Shown one piece after another: positions 43,124 through 51,962 of a stretch of 64,000 bases of DNA. Position 1 is the first letter of the stretch. The number at the start of each line of letters is the position of its first letter. The notes below the pieces were generated by a model. It made no database searches and was not told the DNA's origin. It saw nothing but the letters and a program-made list of their open reading frames with translations. Origin of the DNA: Alphaproteobacteria bacterium (lineage in GTDB: Bacteria; Pseudomonadota; Alphaproteobacteria; UBA828); NCBI GenBank assembly GCA_965220745.1, contig CBDCQT010000011.1, positions 512,001 through 576,000 on the forward strand. Direction: 5' to 3'. The translations under genes were made by a program, and so were the position numbers.

Positions 43124-44350
43124 GTGGCTGAAGCGAGGGAGCGGATCGAGGTCGATGTCGTCATTGCCGGCGGCGGGCTGGTCGGGCTCACCCTCGGTGT
43201 CGCGCTCGCCGGCGCTGGAATCGAGACCGCGGTGGTCGACGGCACGCCGCCTGCCACCATGAAGGATGCCGCGTTCGACGGCCGGGTCTCGTCCATCGCC
43301 CTCGGCTCCAGGCGGGTGCTGGACGGCATCGGGCTCTGGCCCGCGCTCGCGGCCGATGCCCAGCCGATCCTGGAGATCCGCGTCTCCGACGGCGAGGTGC
43401 CGCTCTTCCTGCACTACGACCACAAGGCCGTGGGCGACGACCCGCTCGGCTACATCGTCGAGAACCGGAACATCCGCGCCGCCTTGCTGGAGCAGGCGGC
43501 AACGCTGGCTGCGCTCCGCCACCTCGCCCCGGCCTCGGTGGAGGCGCTGGAGCCCGCCGCCGGCGGCATCGAGGCCCGGCTCGCGGACGGCCGGTGCGTG
43601 CGCGCCCGCCTCGCGGTCGCCGCCGACGGGGCCAACTCCGGCCTGCGCACCGCCGCCGGGATCGAGACCGTGCGCTGGTCCTACGAGCAGACCGGGATCG
43701 TCTGCACGGTGTTGCACGAGAAGCCGCACCGGGGCATCGCGCACGAGCGTTTTCTGCCGGCCGGGCCCTTCGCCATTCTGCCCATGACCGGCGACCGCTC
43801 CTCCCTGGTCTGGACCGAGCGGGCGGCGCTGGCACCGGCCCTGATGGACGCGTCGCCCGAGGTCTTCGCCAGGGAGCTCGGTGCGCGCTTCGGCGATTTC
43901 CTGGGCGCGCTGGAGCCGACCGGCCCGCGCTGGAGCTATCCGCTCCGCCTCACCCATGCGAAGCGCTATGTCGCGCCCCGCCTCGCGCTCGCGGGCGATG
44001 CGGCGCATGCGATCCATCCGCTGGCGGGCCAGGGCTTTAACCTCGGCATCCGCGACGCCGCGGTGCTGGCGGAGCTTGTGGTGGACCGGGCGCGCCTCGG
44101 CCTCGACATCGGGGGCGACGACGTGCTCACCCACTACCAGCGCCGGCGGCGCTTCGACTCAGTGGTCCTTATCGGCGTGACCGACGGGCTAAACCGGCTC
44201 TTCTCGAACGACAATCAGGGCCTGCGCCTGGTCCGCGATGTCGGCCTTGCGGCGGTCAACGAGCTGCCGCCGGTCAAGCGCTTCTTCATGCGCCACGCCA
44301 TGGGGCTCGCCGGCGACCTGCCGCGCCTCGCCCGCGGCGAGCCGCTTTAG
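43124..44350 (+). CDS. UbiH/UbiL/COQ6 family FAD-dependent ubiquinone hydroxylase
   Basis: GGGLVG, DGRVSSI, AADGANS, ERFLPAGPFAILP, GDAAHAIHPLAGQGFNLG. Confidence 0.93.
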   Translation: MAEARERIEVDVVIAGGGLVGLTLGVALAGAGIETAVVDGTPPATMKDAAFDGRVSSIALGSRRVLDGIGLWPALAADAQPILEIRVSDGEVPLFLHYDHKAVGDDPLGYIVENRNIRAALLEQAATLAALRHLAPASVEALEPAAGGIEARLADGRCVRARLAVAADGANSGLRTAAGIETVRWSYEQTGIVCTVLHEKPHRGIAHERFLPAGPFAILPMTGDRSSLVWTERAALAPALMDASPEVFARELGARFGDFLGALEPTGPRWSYPLRLTHAKRYVAPRLALAGDAAHAIHPLAGQGFNLGIRDAAVLAELVVDRARLGLDIGGDDVLTHYQRRRRFDSVVLIGVTDGLNRLFSNDNQGLRLVRDVGLAAVNELPPVKRFFMRHAMGLAGDLPRLARGEPL

Positions 44351-44480
44351 CTCCTCCAGGCCCCCAGTGGATTGCGAAGACGGTGAACTACCGCGCTTGG
44401 GACGGCAAGCGCATCCGCGTCTCCCCGCCTAACCCCAGCCGTAGTGCAAGGCTCTTGTGCCGGCGAGTTGTAATTTGGGA

Positions 44481-44519
44481 TTGACATAGGAACGAAATTT
44501 GTTACCTATTAGGTAACAA
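44481..44519 (+). promoter_or_regulatory. higBA promoter with palindromic operator
   Basis: Perfect TTGACA at 44481-44486; inverted repeat TTGTTACCT-ATT-AGGTAACAA at 44499-44519 overlaps the expected -10 region. Confidence 0.75.
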
Positions 44520-44533
44520 TAATTTTCATCATC

Positions 44534-44869
44534 ATGGATATCGCCTTCCGGACCCGCAGGCTCCAGAAGACTTTCAACGCGGCGGACGCCCTGCAGAGAT
44601 CGTATGGGGCGAGGATGGCGAGGACCATCATGTCGCGGATGGCGGTGCTCAGAGCGGCACGCGACCTTGGGCTGGTGCCGACCACGCCACCGGAAAGGCG
44701 TCATCAGCTCGTTGGGGATCGGGACGAACAGTTCGCCGTCGATCTCGTTCACCCCTACCGGCTCGTCTTCGAAGCCAATCACGAGCCGGTACCGCGCAAG
44801 GACGATGGAGGAATCGACACGGAGCAGGTAACGGCGATCACGATCCTCGATGTGGTCGACTACCACTGA
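44534..44869 (+). CDS. HigB-like (RelE/ParE superfamily) toxin
   Basis: MDIAFRTRRLQK, RHQLVGDR..QFAVDL.HPYRLVF, C-terminal DYH; toxin-first gene order. Confidence 0.9.
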   Translation: MDIAFRTRRLQKTFNAADALQRSYGARMARTIMSRMAVLRAARDLGLVPTTPPERRHQLVGDRDEQFAVDLVHPYRLVFEANHEPVPRKDDGGIDTEQVTAITILDVVDYH

Positions 44870-44883
44870 CGGAGGAGGGAGAG

Positions 44884-45975
44884 ATGGCGACAGCGACCAA
44901 CCAATACGGCCCGGACTATGCGGTCCCGCCCGGATGGATCCTCCAGGAACGTCTCGAGGTGGAGGGGATTTCGCATGCCGAATTCGCGCGCAGGTGCGGT
45001 CGCTCTGCCAAGCTGATTAGCGAGATCATCTCGGGCAAGGCACCGCTCGAGCCGAGAACTGCGCTCCAATTCGAAAAGGTGCTTGGCGTCGATGCCAGCA
45101 TTTGGCTCGGGATCGAGTCCGACTATAGGCTTCATCGGGCGCGGGAGGCCGAGGCCCAGAATGCCGCTGCTTCGGCAGAATGGGTCAAGGCCTTCCCCGT
45201 CCGGGACCTGGTGAAGCGAAGCTGCTTCCAGCGCCCGGAATCGGACACCGATGCCGTGTCGAAGTTGCTTGCGTTCTTTCGTGTGGGTTCAGTCGAAGCC
45301 TGGACCGCTCGCTACGGCCTAGCCAATGTGGCTTACCGTCACTCCCGGAGCTTCAAGAGTGATGAGGCTTCATTGGCCACCTGGCTCCGGCTCGGTCAAA
45401 TCGAAGCCGAACAGCAGGATTGTGCGGAATACAGCGGGAGCCGGTTCAAGCAGGCTGTGCGCAACATCCGAAGCCTGACGCGCGAGCCGCTCGATGAGGC
45501 GTTGCAGCAGACGACCAGGCTATGCAATGAGGCAGGCGTTGCGCTGGCGTTGGTGCGGCCTTTGCCGAAGACGGCGCTCAGCGGTGCGGCCTGGTGGCTC
45601 TCGCCTAGGAAGGCTGTCATCCAACTGACCGCCCGACACAAGACCGATGACCATCTCTGGTTCAGCTTCTTCCATGAGGCAGCGCATATTCTGCTTCACA
45701 GCAAGAAAGGGGTCTTCGTCGACGAGGCCAACGGAGACGATACCGAGCAGGAGATAGAGGCCAACGAGTGGGCTTCCAACATCCTGATCCCCAAAGGGGC
45801 GTGGCAAACATTGGTCGCCTCATCGCCGCGTAGCGCGCGCGTTGTCACAGCGTTTGCCGACGAGCAGGGGATTGCTCCCGGTATCGTCGTCGGCAGGCTC
45901 CAGCACGAGGGACACTTGCCTTGGTCGCAGCTGAACAGTCTGAAGGTTCGGTTAGCCTGGAAGTCTCAGGAATAA
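44884..45975 (+). CDS. HigA antitoxin HTH fused to ImmA/IrrE metallopeptidase
   Basis: PDYAVPPG..L.E and an Xre HTH; WFSFFHEAAH (HExxH); E.EANEWA; IVVGRLQ. Confidence 0.9.
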   Translation: MATATNQYGPDYAVPPGWILQERLEVEGISHAEFARRCGRSAKLISEIISGKAPLEPRTALQFEKVLGVDASIWLGIESDYRLHRAREAEAQNAAASAEWVKAFPVRDLVKRSCFQRPESDTDAVSKLLAFFRVGSVEAWTARYGLANVAYRHSRSFKSDEASLATWLRLGQIEAEQQDCAEYSGSRFKQAVRNIRSLTREPLDEALQQTTRLCNEAGVALALVRPLPKTALSGAAWWLSPRKAVIQLTARHKTDDHLWFSFFHEAAHILLHSKKGVFVDEANGDDTEQEIEANEWASNILIPKGAWQTLVASSPRSARVVTAFADEQGIAPGIVVGRLQHEGHLPWSQLNSLKVRLAWKSQE

Positions 45976-46112
45976 TGTTGGGCCCATATGGGCGCGTCCC
46001 GCTATCGATATGACACAACGGGGCCCGACCGACTACGATATCGGGTGCGCGGTCGCTCTGAGCCAACGAACGGCTCTGCGCTCGCAAGCGCTTCTGGCTC
46101 GGCAAGTGACGG

Positions 46113-47459
46113 CTAGAGCCACTCCACGTAGCGCGCGCGCTCGGTCTCGGGCACCTGACGCCGGAATTCGTCGTACTCGTAGCGCTTGATCAGGGCGTAG
46201 TTGCGGCAGAACTCCTCGCCGAACCAGTCCTTGGCCCAGTCAGAGGCCTCGAACCTCGCAAGCGCTTCGCCCCAGTCGTCGGGCAGCCGGGTCACGTCCT
46301 GCTCGTCGAGGTCGCCCTCCGCCGGCGGGCCCGGATCGGTCTTGTTCGCGACGCCGTCGAGACCGGCCGCGAGATAGGCGGCCAAGGCGAGGTAGACGTT
46401 GACGTCGCCGCCACAGACCCGGAGCTCAGGCCGCGTCGCGGCGGGAGCCTCGTTGATCAGGCGGATCGCGGCGGTGCGGTTGTCTACGCCCCAGGCGAGC
46501 GAAATCGGCGCGAAGGCGCCGGGCACGAGCCTGCGGTAGGAGTTGGAGTTGGGGAAGAAGACGGCGGTGAGCTCCGTGAGCCGGGCGAGCACGCCGCCCA
46601 TGAAGTGCCGGCAGGTATCGTTGATGTGCTGCGGCTCGTCCGGGGCCGCGAAGGCGTTGGTGCCGTCGCCGTCCACCAGCGACATGTGGATGTGGCAGGA
46701 GTTGCCGGTCATCTTGTCGAACGGCTTGGCCATGAAGGTGACGCGGCGGCCCATCTGCATCGCCGCCTCTTTCATGGTGGCGCGGAAGAGATGCCCGTCG
46801 TCGCCCATCTCGCGCACCGGCCGGTGGCGGATGCTCACCTCGTACTGGCCGGGCCCCCACTCGTAGTGGCTGCATTCGAGCTCGCCGTGGGCGGCGACCG
46901 CGTCGAGCAGCGAGTATTCCTCGGCGAGGAATTGGGTGCGCTTCTGCATCGAGTAGCACTGCAGCCCGGAATCGAGCCTCTCGTGCTCGTCGTCCAGGAG
47001 AAAGAACTCGAACTCGGGCGCGCAGCGGGCGCCGTAGCCCATTGCCTCCATGCGATCGGCGACCCGGTGCAGCACGTTGCGGGGCTCGCCTTCCACCAAC
47101 CGCCCGTCAGGCCATTTCATCGTGCCCATCACCAGCGCCGTGTCGGGCTCATGACGCAGAATGCGCATGCTGGAGAGGTCGGGCACGGCGATGAAATCGG
47201 CGTAGCCGATGTTCTCGCCGTAGTCGGTGCCCAGCACCACATTGGCGGAGATGTCGAAGGCCATGACCGTGGCGCAGAAGGCGATGCCGTGGTGCATCGA
47301 GCGCTCGAAATGCGCGAGGTCCATCGCCTTGCCTCTGGCCACGCCACCGTAGTCGCAATACTCGATGCGGACGCGCTGGACACCGTTGGCGCGCAGCCAA
47401 TCCATGACCTGATCGCTCGTGCCCGTGAAGCGCACAGGGCCCGTTGCCGCCTCGCTCAT
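46113..47459 (-). CDS. Glutamine synthetase-like amine gamma-glutamylase (PuuA-like)
   Basis: ARGK, PEFEF, E.GPGQYE, TFMAKP, HIHMS, NSYRRL, WGVDNRT; lacks the FDGSS ammonium motif. Confidence 0.88.
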   Translation of the reverse strand: MSEAATGPVRFTGTSDQVMDWLRANGVQRVRIEYCDYGGVARGKAMDLAHFERSMHHGIAFCATVMAFDISANVVLGTDYGENIGYADFIAVPDLSSMRILRHEPDTALVMGTMKWPDGRLVEGEPRNVLHRVADRMEAMGYGARCAPEFEFFLLDDEHERLDSGLQCYSMQKRTQFLAEEYSLLDAVAAHGELECSHYEWGPGQYEVSIRHRPVREMGDDGHLFRATMKEAAMQMGRRVTFMAKPFDKMTGNSCHIHMSLVDGDGTNAFAAPDEPQHINDTCRHFMGGVLARLTELTAVFFPNSNSYRRLVPGAFAPISLAWGVDNRTAAIRLINEAPAATRPELRVCGGDVNVYLALAAYLAAGLDGVANKTDPGPPAEGDLDEQDVTRLPDDWGEALARFEASDWAKDWFGEEFCRNYALIKRYEYDEFRRQVPETERARYVEWL

Positions 47460-47626
47460 TCCTCGATGCTCCCGTTGGTCGGCTCGCGGGGCCGTAACAT
47501 ACCGGCAGAGTTGCGCGCCTCAAAGCAGGGGCGGTGAAACCGGGTTGTCAGAGGGCCGGCGGCGGACTACGATGCGCATGAAAATCGTTCGCGTTTGCAG
47601 GATGAATCCGGCAGGGAGGCACGTCA

Positions 47627-48739
47627 ATGCGTGGGATTGCGGTCGCTGCTCCTGGCGAGCGCACGGCCCGCGCGGGGCGTGGGATGCTGGCGCGCGTCGG
47701 GGCCGCAATGCGGTTACCGGCGCGCGCTTGTGCGCTGGGCGTGCTTGCGGGCCTTGCCGGTCTCGCCTGGCCGGCGGGGGACGCGCAGGCGGCGGATGAG
47801 CTGAACCTCTATTCCCACCGGCAGCCCTTCCTCATCGAGCCTTTCCTGCAGGCATTCACCGCCGAGACCGGGATCAAGGTCAACGTGGTCTATGCCTCCA
47901 AGGGTCTCGCCCAGCGGCTCCAGGCCGAAGGCAAGAACAGCCCGGCCGACGTGGTGCTGACCGTGGATATCGGGCGGCTCGCCATCTATGCGGACAAGGA
48001 TCTGCTGGCGCCGGTCGAGTCCGCGGTGCTGACAGAGGCCGTGCCGGCGCATCTGCGCGACCCCGATGGGCGCTGGTTTGCGCTCTCCAAGCGGGCGCGG
48101 GTGATCGCGGTCTCCAAGAACCGCGTGGCCCCCGGTGCGATCGCGACCTACGAGGACCTGGCGGACCCCGAATGGGCCGGGCTCGTTTGTTCGCGGCCCG
48201 GCAGCCACGTCTACAACAGAGCCATGATGGCCTCGATGATCGCCGCTCATGGGGAAGAAGGCGCGGAGGAGTGGGCCACTGGCCTCGTGGCCAACCTCGC
48301 TCGCAGGCCCCAGGGCAACGACCGGGCACAGGTCAAGGCGATCTACGAGGGCCTCTGCGACGTCGCTCTGATTAACAGCTATTATTACGGCAAGCTCTCG
48401 TCCTCGGACATCGAGGCGCAGCGGGAGTGGGCCGCGTCCATGACCATGATCTTTCCCAATCAGGATGACCGTGGCACGCACATCAATATCTCCGGCGGCG
48501 GCGTTGCCAAGCACTCGAAGAACAAGGAGACGGCGGTGGCGTTCCTCGAATTCCTGACCAAGAGGGACGCACAGGAGCTCTACGGCACCGTCAACTTCGA
48601 GTTTCCCGTGAATCTCGCCGTCGAGGCCGCCCCGGCGGTTCGTGCCTGGGGCACGTTCAAGGAAGACGCGCTGCCGATTGTGCGCATTGCCGAGCTCGCA
48701 CCCGCTGCTCAACGCGTGATCGACCGCACCGGGTGGTAA
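47627..48739 (+). CDS. Fe3+ ABC transporter substrate-binding protein (FbpA/FutA-like); start uncertain
   Basis: LYSHRQ, EG.NSPADV, HVYNR, GNDRAQVKAI, Tyr ligands in NSYYYG, HINISG. Confidence 0.92.
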   Translation: MRGIAVAAPGERTARAGRGMLARVGAAMRLPARACALGVLAGLAGLAWPAGDAQAADELNLYSHRQPFLIEPFLQAFTAETGIKVNVVYASKGLAQRLQAEGKNSPADVVLTVDIGRLAIYADKDLLAPVESAVLTEAVPAHLRDPDGRWFALSKRARVIAVSKNRVAPGAIATYEDLADPEWAGLVCSRPGSHVYNRAMMASMIAAHGEEGAEEWATGLVANLARRPQGNDRAQVKAIYEGLCDVALINSYYYGKLSSSDIEAQREWAASMTMIFPNQDDRGTHINISGGGVAKHSKNKETAVAFLEFLTKRDAQELYGTVNFEFPVNLAVEAAPAVRAWGTFKEDALPIVRIAELAPAAQRVIDRTGW

Positions 48740-50409
48740 GCCCTACGGCTACGCTGGCGCGCCGGGCTTACCTCGCCCGGCCGAATCGTTGGTTCGTCGC
48801 TGCGCTCGTGGTCGCGCTGATCATGGCGGCGCCGATCCTCTCGGTGCTCGCTGCCGCGACCGAGGATAGCGGCGGGCTCTGGGCGCACCTCTTCTCAACC
48901 GTGCTGCCCCGCTATGTCGCGAACACGATTGCGCTGATGGCAGGCGTGGGCGGGCTCAGCCTGGTGCTGGGGGTGAGCACCGCCTGGGTGGTGACGCGCT
49001 ACGAATTTCCCGGCCGCCGGGTGTTCGAATGGATGCTGGTGCTGCCCTTCGCCGTGCCGGCCTACCTCATCGCCTACGTCTACACCGACTTCCTCGATTA
49101 CGCGGGGCCGGTGCAGGGCGCGCTGCGCGATGCCTTCGGCTGGCAGACGCGGCGGGACTACTGGTTCCCCGAGATTCGCTCCATGGGCGGCGCCATCGTG
49201 GTGATGGGGGCGGTGCTCTACCCCTACGTCTACATGATGGCGCGGACGGCCTTCAAACTGACGCCGCACACGCTGTTCGAGATCGCGCGGGTGCACGACC
49301 GGGGCCTCTTCCGCACCGTGGGTCTGCCGCTGGCCAGGCCCGCCATCGCGGCTGGCCTCGCGCTCGTGCTGATGGAGACGGTCTCCGACTTCGGCACCGT
49401 GGACTACTTCGCGCTGGAGACGCTGACGCTCGGCATCTTCAACGTCTGGCTCGGCATGAACAGCCTGCCGGCGGCCGCGCAGATCGCCTCGCTGGGCTTC
49501 CTCTTCGTCATCGCGATGCTGGTGCTGGAGCTGATGTCTCGCCGCCGCCGGCGCTACGTGGACACCGGCCGACGCATGCGGAGCCTCGCGCGGCTGCGCG
49601 CTGGGCCGGCGCAGGCGGCAGCCTGCCTCGCCGTGTGCCTGCTGCCGGTGACGGTGGGCTTTCTCGTTCCCGTGGGCGTGCTGCTCAGCTTCGTGGTCAA
49701 GGGTTACGCGCTGCCTGATTACGGCGGCGTGCTGACGGTCACGCTCAACTCGGTGGTCGTGGCGCTTGCGGTGGCGGCGCTGGTGATGGCGGCGGCGGCG
49801 CTGATGGTGGTCACCGTCGCCTACCGGCCGAGCCGCCCGCTCACGGTGCTGGCCGGCATCGCGTCGTCGGGCTACGCCTTCCCCGGCACGATCCTCGCCA
49901 TCGGCGTCGTGACCTTCGCCGGCGCGGTGGATCGTGGGCTCGACGGCCTGATTTCGGGCGTGATGGGGCTTTCGTTCGATGGCTTCCTCACCGGCGGGAT
50001 CGGGCTCGTGCTGTTCGCCTGCATGGTGCGCTTCCAGGCGATCGGCTACGGCGCGCTGACGTCGGGCATGAACCGCCTGCCGCCCAATACGGTGTCGGCC
50101 GGCCGGGTTCTGGGCCTGAGCCTGCCGGCCAATATCTTCCGCGTGATCCTGCCATTGCTCGGAACCTCGTTCCTCGCCGGCGGGCTCCTGGTGTTCGTCG
50201 ACGTGATGAAGGAGCTGCCGATGACGCTCCTGCTCCGCCCCTTCGGCTTCGATACGCTGGCGACCCACCTCTACCAGTTCGCCAAGGACGAGCTCTTGGA
50301 GCAGGCGGCGGTGCCGGCACTCCTCATCGTGCTCGCCGGCACCGGCCCCGTGATTCTGATGAACGAGGCCCTGAGACGCTTGGGTGAGGGAAGGGCGGGG
50401 ACGAGGTGA
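48733..50409 (+). CDS. Fe3+ ABC transporter permease (FbpB-like)
   Basis: Duplicated TM module; YPYVY..AR.AF, METVSDFG, DVMKELP.TLLLRP. Confidence 0.92.
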   Translation: MVSPTATLARRAYLARPNRWFVAALVVALIMAAPILSVLAAATEDSGGLWAHLFSTVLPRYVANTIALMAGVGGLSLVLGVSTAWVVTRYEFPGRRVFEWMLVLPFAVPAYLIAYVYTDFLDYAGPVQGALRDAFGWQTRRDYWFPEIRSMGGAIVVMGAVLYPYVYMMARTAFKLTPHTLFEIARVHDRGLFRTVGLPLARPAIAAGLALVLMETVSDFGTVDYFALETLTLGIFNVWLGMNSLPAAAQIASLGFLFVIAMLVLELMSRRRRRYVDTGRRMRSLARLRAGPAQAAACLAVCLLPVTVGFLVPVGVLLSFVVKGYALPDYGGVLTVTLNSVVVALAVAALVMAAAALMVVTVAYRPSRPLTVLAGIASSGYAFPGTILAIGVVTFAGAVDRGLDGLISGVMGLSFDGFLTGGIGLVLFACMVRFQAIGYGALTSGMNRLPPNTVSAGRVLGLSLPANIFRVILPLLGTSFLAGGLLVFVDVMKELPMTLLLRPFGFDTLATHLYQFAKDELLEQAAVPALLIVLAGTGPVILMNEALRRLGEGRAGTR

Positions 50410-50500
50410 GGGGGGCGCGGTACTTGCTCCCAAGCATTCACCGATTCGTACGCCACACCTGCATCGAGGACATTGAAAATAGAGTGCCGCCAAGAAAGAG

Positions 50501-50887
50501 TTATCTGTATATTCGAATTACGTTAGTTCCAATCTCTATGAATATTCGTCTCGCTGATGGTTCAGAGTCTAATGCCCACTCATGCTCAATTAACGATATA
50601 GCCTTCTTCACTCGGGAGGCGGCTTGCGTTTCAGAACAAGAAAGTTTGAGAAGACTCAATCTCTTGTAGCGCGCTCGGCCTACACCGTGCTGTCGGGCCA
50701 ATGTACGCATATCACCATCAAGAGCTACCAAAATCGCGTTGTTTTCCATAGATATTGTGGCAACGACAGGATCAGGAGAGCTACGCACTGCAGCATCCTC
50801 GAAGTAAATGACTTCGTGACCTCCTTCTTCTAAACACTGGCCTACGGATCGCGGCACGCCCTCATCGAGAAAAAACTTGAGTTCCAA
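50501..50887 (-). CDS. DUF5615 family PIN-like toxin (VapC45-like)
   Basis: KFFLDEGVP, GHEV, SPD, ILVALDGD acidic PIN residues; AT-richer DNA. Confidence 0.85.
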   Translation of the reverse strand: MELKFFLDEGVPRSVGQCLEEGGHEVIYFEDAAVRSSPDPVVATISMENNAILVALDGDMRTLARQHGVGRARYKRLSLLKLSCSETQAASRVKKAISLIEHEWALDSEPSARRIFIEIGTNVIRIYR

Positions 50888-50898
50888 CGCAGGTACCT

Positions 50899-51540
50899 TT
50901 ACGCCGCAATACCATCGCCTTCATGTTGAATGGCAGACCGTATATCCGCCTCAGTCAGGGTTGGGTATTCTTCTCGTATCTGGCTGATCGAATACCCCTC
51001 CTCTGCAAATCTCTTTATGGCGACCACAGGAATTCTAGTCCCAGCAATCACCCATGAATTATGACAGATATTGCGAGACCTCGTCACTTTACCGATCATA
51101 CTCTCGTCCCGACGATTTAGGTCCTCAACATCTCGCTCGGTGTCACTAAGAACGACATTTAGCGCTATTCCTATTACATACTGCCTACTAACTATTTCTC
51201 GATACTTGTTTGTTCCCGGTTCTGCAAATACCACGCGACGGTTCAATACAAATAGCTCTGTCTTGGTCCACTTGTCCGTGGACATCTGTGGTAGTTCCTT
51301 CGCGACCGCCCTTAGGTGTTGCAAGGGCACGCGATATTGATTGCGAAGTACATTCAGAACCCTCAGAGAAGCGACGTCCGTGAACGAGTAAATTCGGCTG
51401 TATGCAACGCGCCGATTCTCACTAACAAACGCCGGCGTGAAGAAGTCGGTCTTATCCCAATATCGAAGTTGTCTCTTCGATATTCCAGTCAGTCGTTCAA
51501 CCTGCTCTTCAGTGAACGCTGAGATGATCACCAGGATCAC
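50899..51540 (-). CDS. MerR-HTH plus DUF433 antitoxin (VapB45-like)
   Basis: QVERLTGISKRQLRYWD MerR HTH; IAGTRIPV..GYS...EYPTLTEADIRSA DUF433. Confidence 0.88.
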   Translation of the reverse strand: MILVIISAFTEEQVERLTGISKRQLRYWDKTDFFTPAFVSENRRVAYSRIYSFTDVASLRVLNVLRNQYRVPLQHLRAVAKELPQMSTDKWTKTELFVLNRRVVFAEPGTNKYREIVSRQYVIGIALNVVLSDTERDVEDLNRRDESMIGKVTRSRNICHNSWVIAGTRIPVVAIKRFAEEGYSISQIREEYPTLTEADIRSAIQHEGDGIAA

Positions 51541-51566
51541 TCCCCGAGTCCAACGGAGTTAGAACA

Positions 51567-51594
51567 CGTATACTACAGTAAACAGCAATGTCAA
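51567..51594 (-). promoter_or_regulatory. Putative sigma70 promoter of the DUF433/DUF5615 operon
   Basis: Minus strand TTGACA-N16-TATACG just upstream of 51540. Confidence 0.5.
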
Positions 51595-51769
51595 AGGTTC
51601 CTCAAAGATCTACGACAAGTGGAATTCGCCTTTTTGAGCCTCTAAAGGCGAGCGAGTACAACGTGTTAGGAGGATACAGTAAAATGGTGTTACTCGCTTC
51701 CCCGAAGGCCACTCAGGGTTATCTTGCCGGGTAATGTGGCCCCACCGCATCCCGACTTCTGGCCCTCAG

Positions 51770-51931
51770 TCAGTTTGCATCGTTGGTGGCACGAATGGTC
51801 TCCGCCTCACCGTCGCCGGTTTCCGGGCGGCGTGGTCTCTCAAGGGCGTGCTCGGTGCCGGGGCCTTCGCCCTTGGCGTGAGCAACGGCCTCATTCATGG
51901 ACTGGATCAGATCGTTACCGAGCTTGCTCAT
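51770..51931 (-). CDS. 53-aa protein resembling the N-terminus of Xre/HigA2-type antitoxins, without HTH (mini-protein or remnant)
   Basis: Not in the ORF track; GGAGGAGG RBS then ATG; MSKLGNDLIQSMNEAVAHAKGEGPGTEHALERPRRPETGDGEAETIRATNDAN*. Confidence 0.6.
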   Translation of the reverse strand: MSKLGNDLIQSMNEAVAHAKGEGPGTEHALERPRRPETGDGEAETIRATNDAN

Positions 51932-51962
51932 TTTCCTCCTCCCACACAGCGTTGCCGTCAGC

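Noticed and set aside
46113-47459. Housekeeping glnA or gmaS
   Set aside because: Lacks the FDGSS ammonium-binding motif and has no glnB or methylamine (mgs/mgd) context; only a GS-like call is supported
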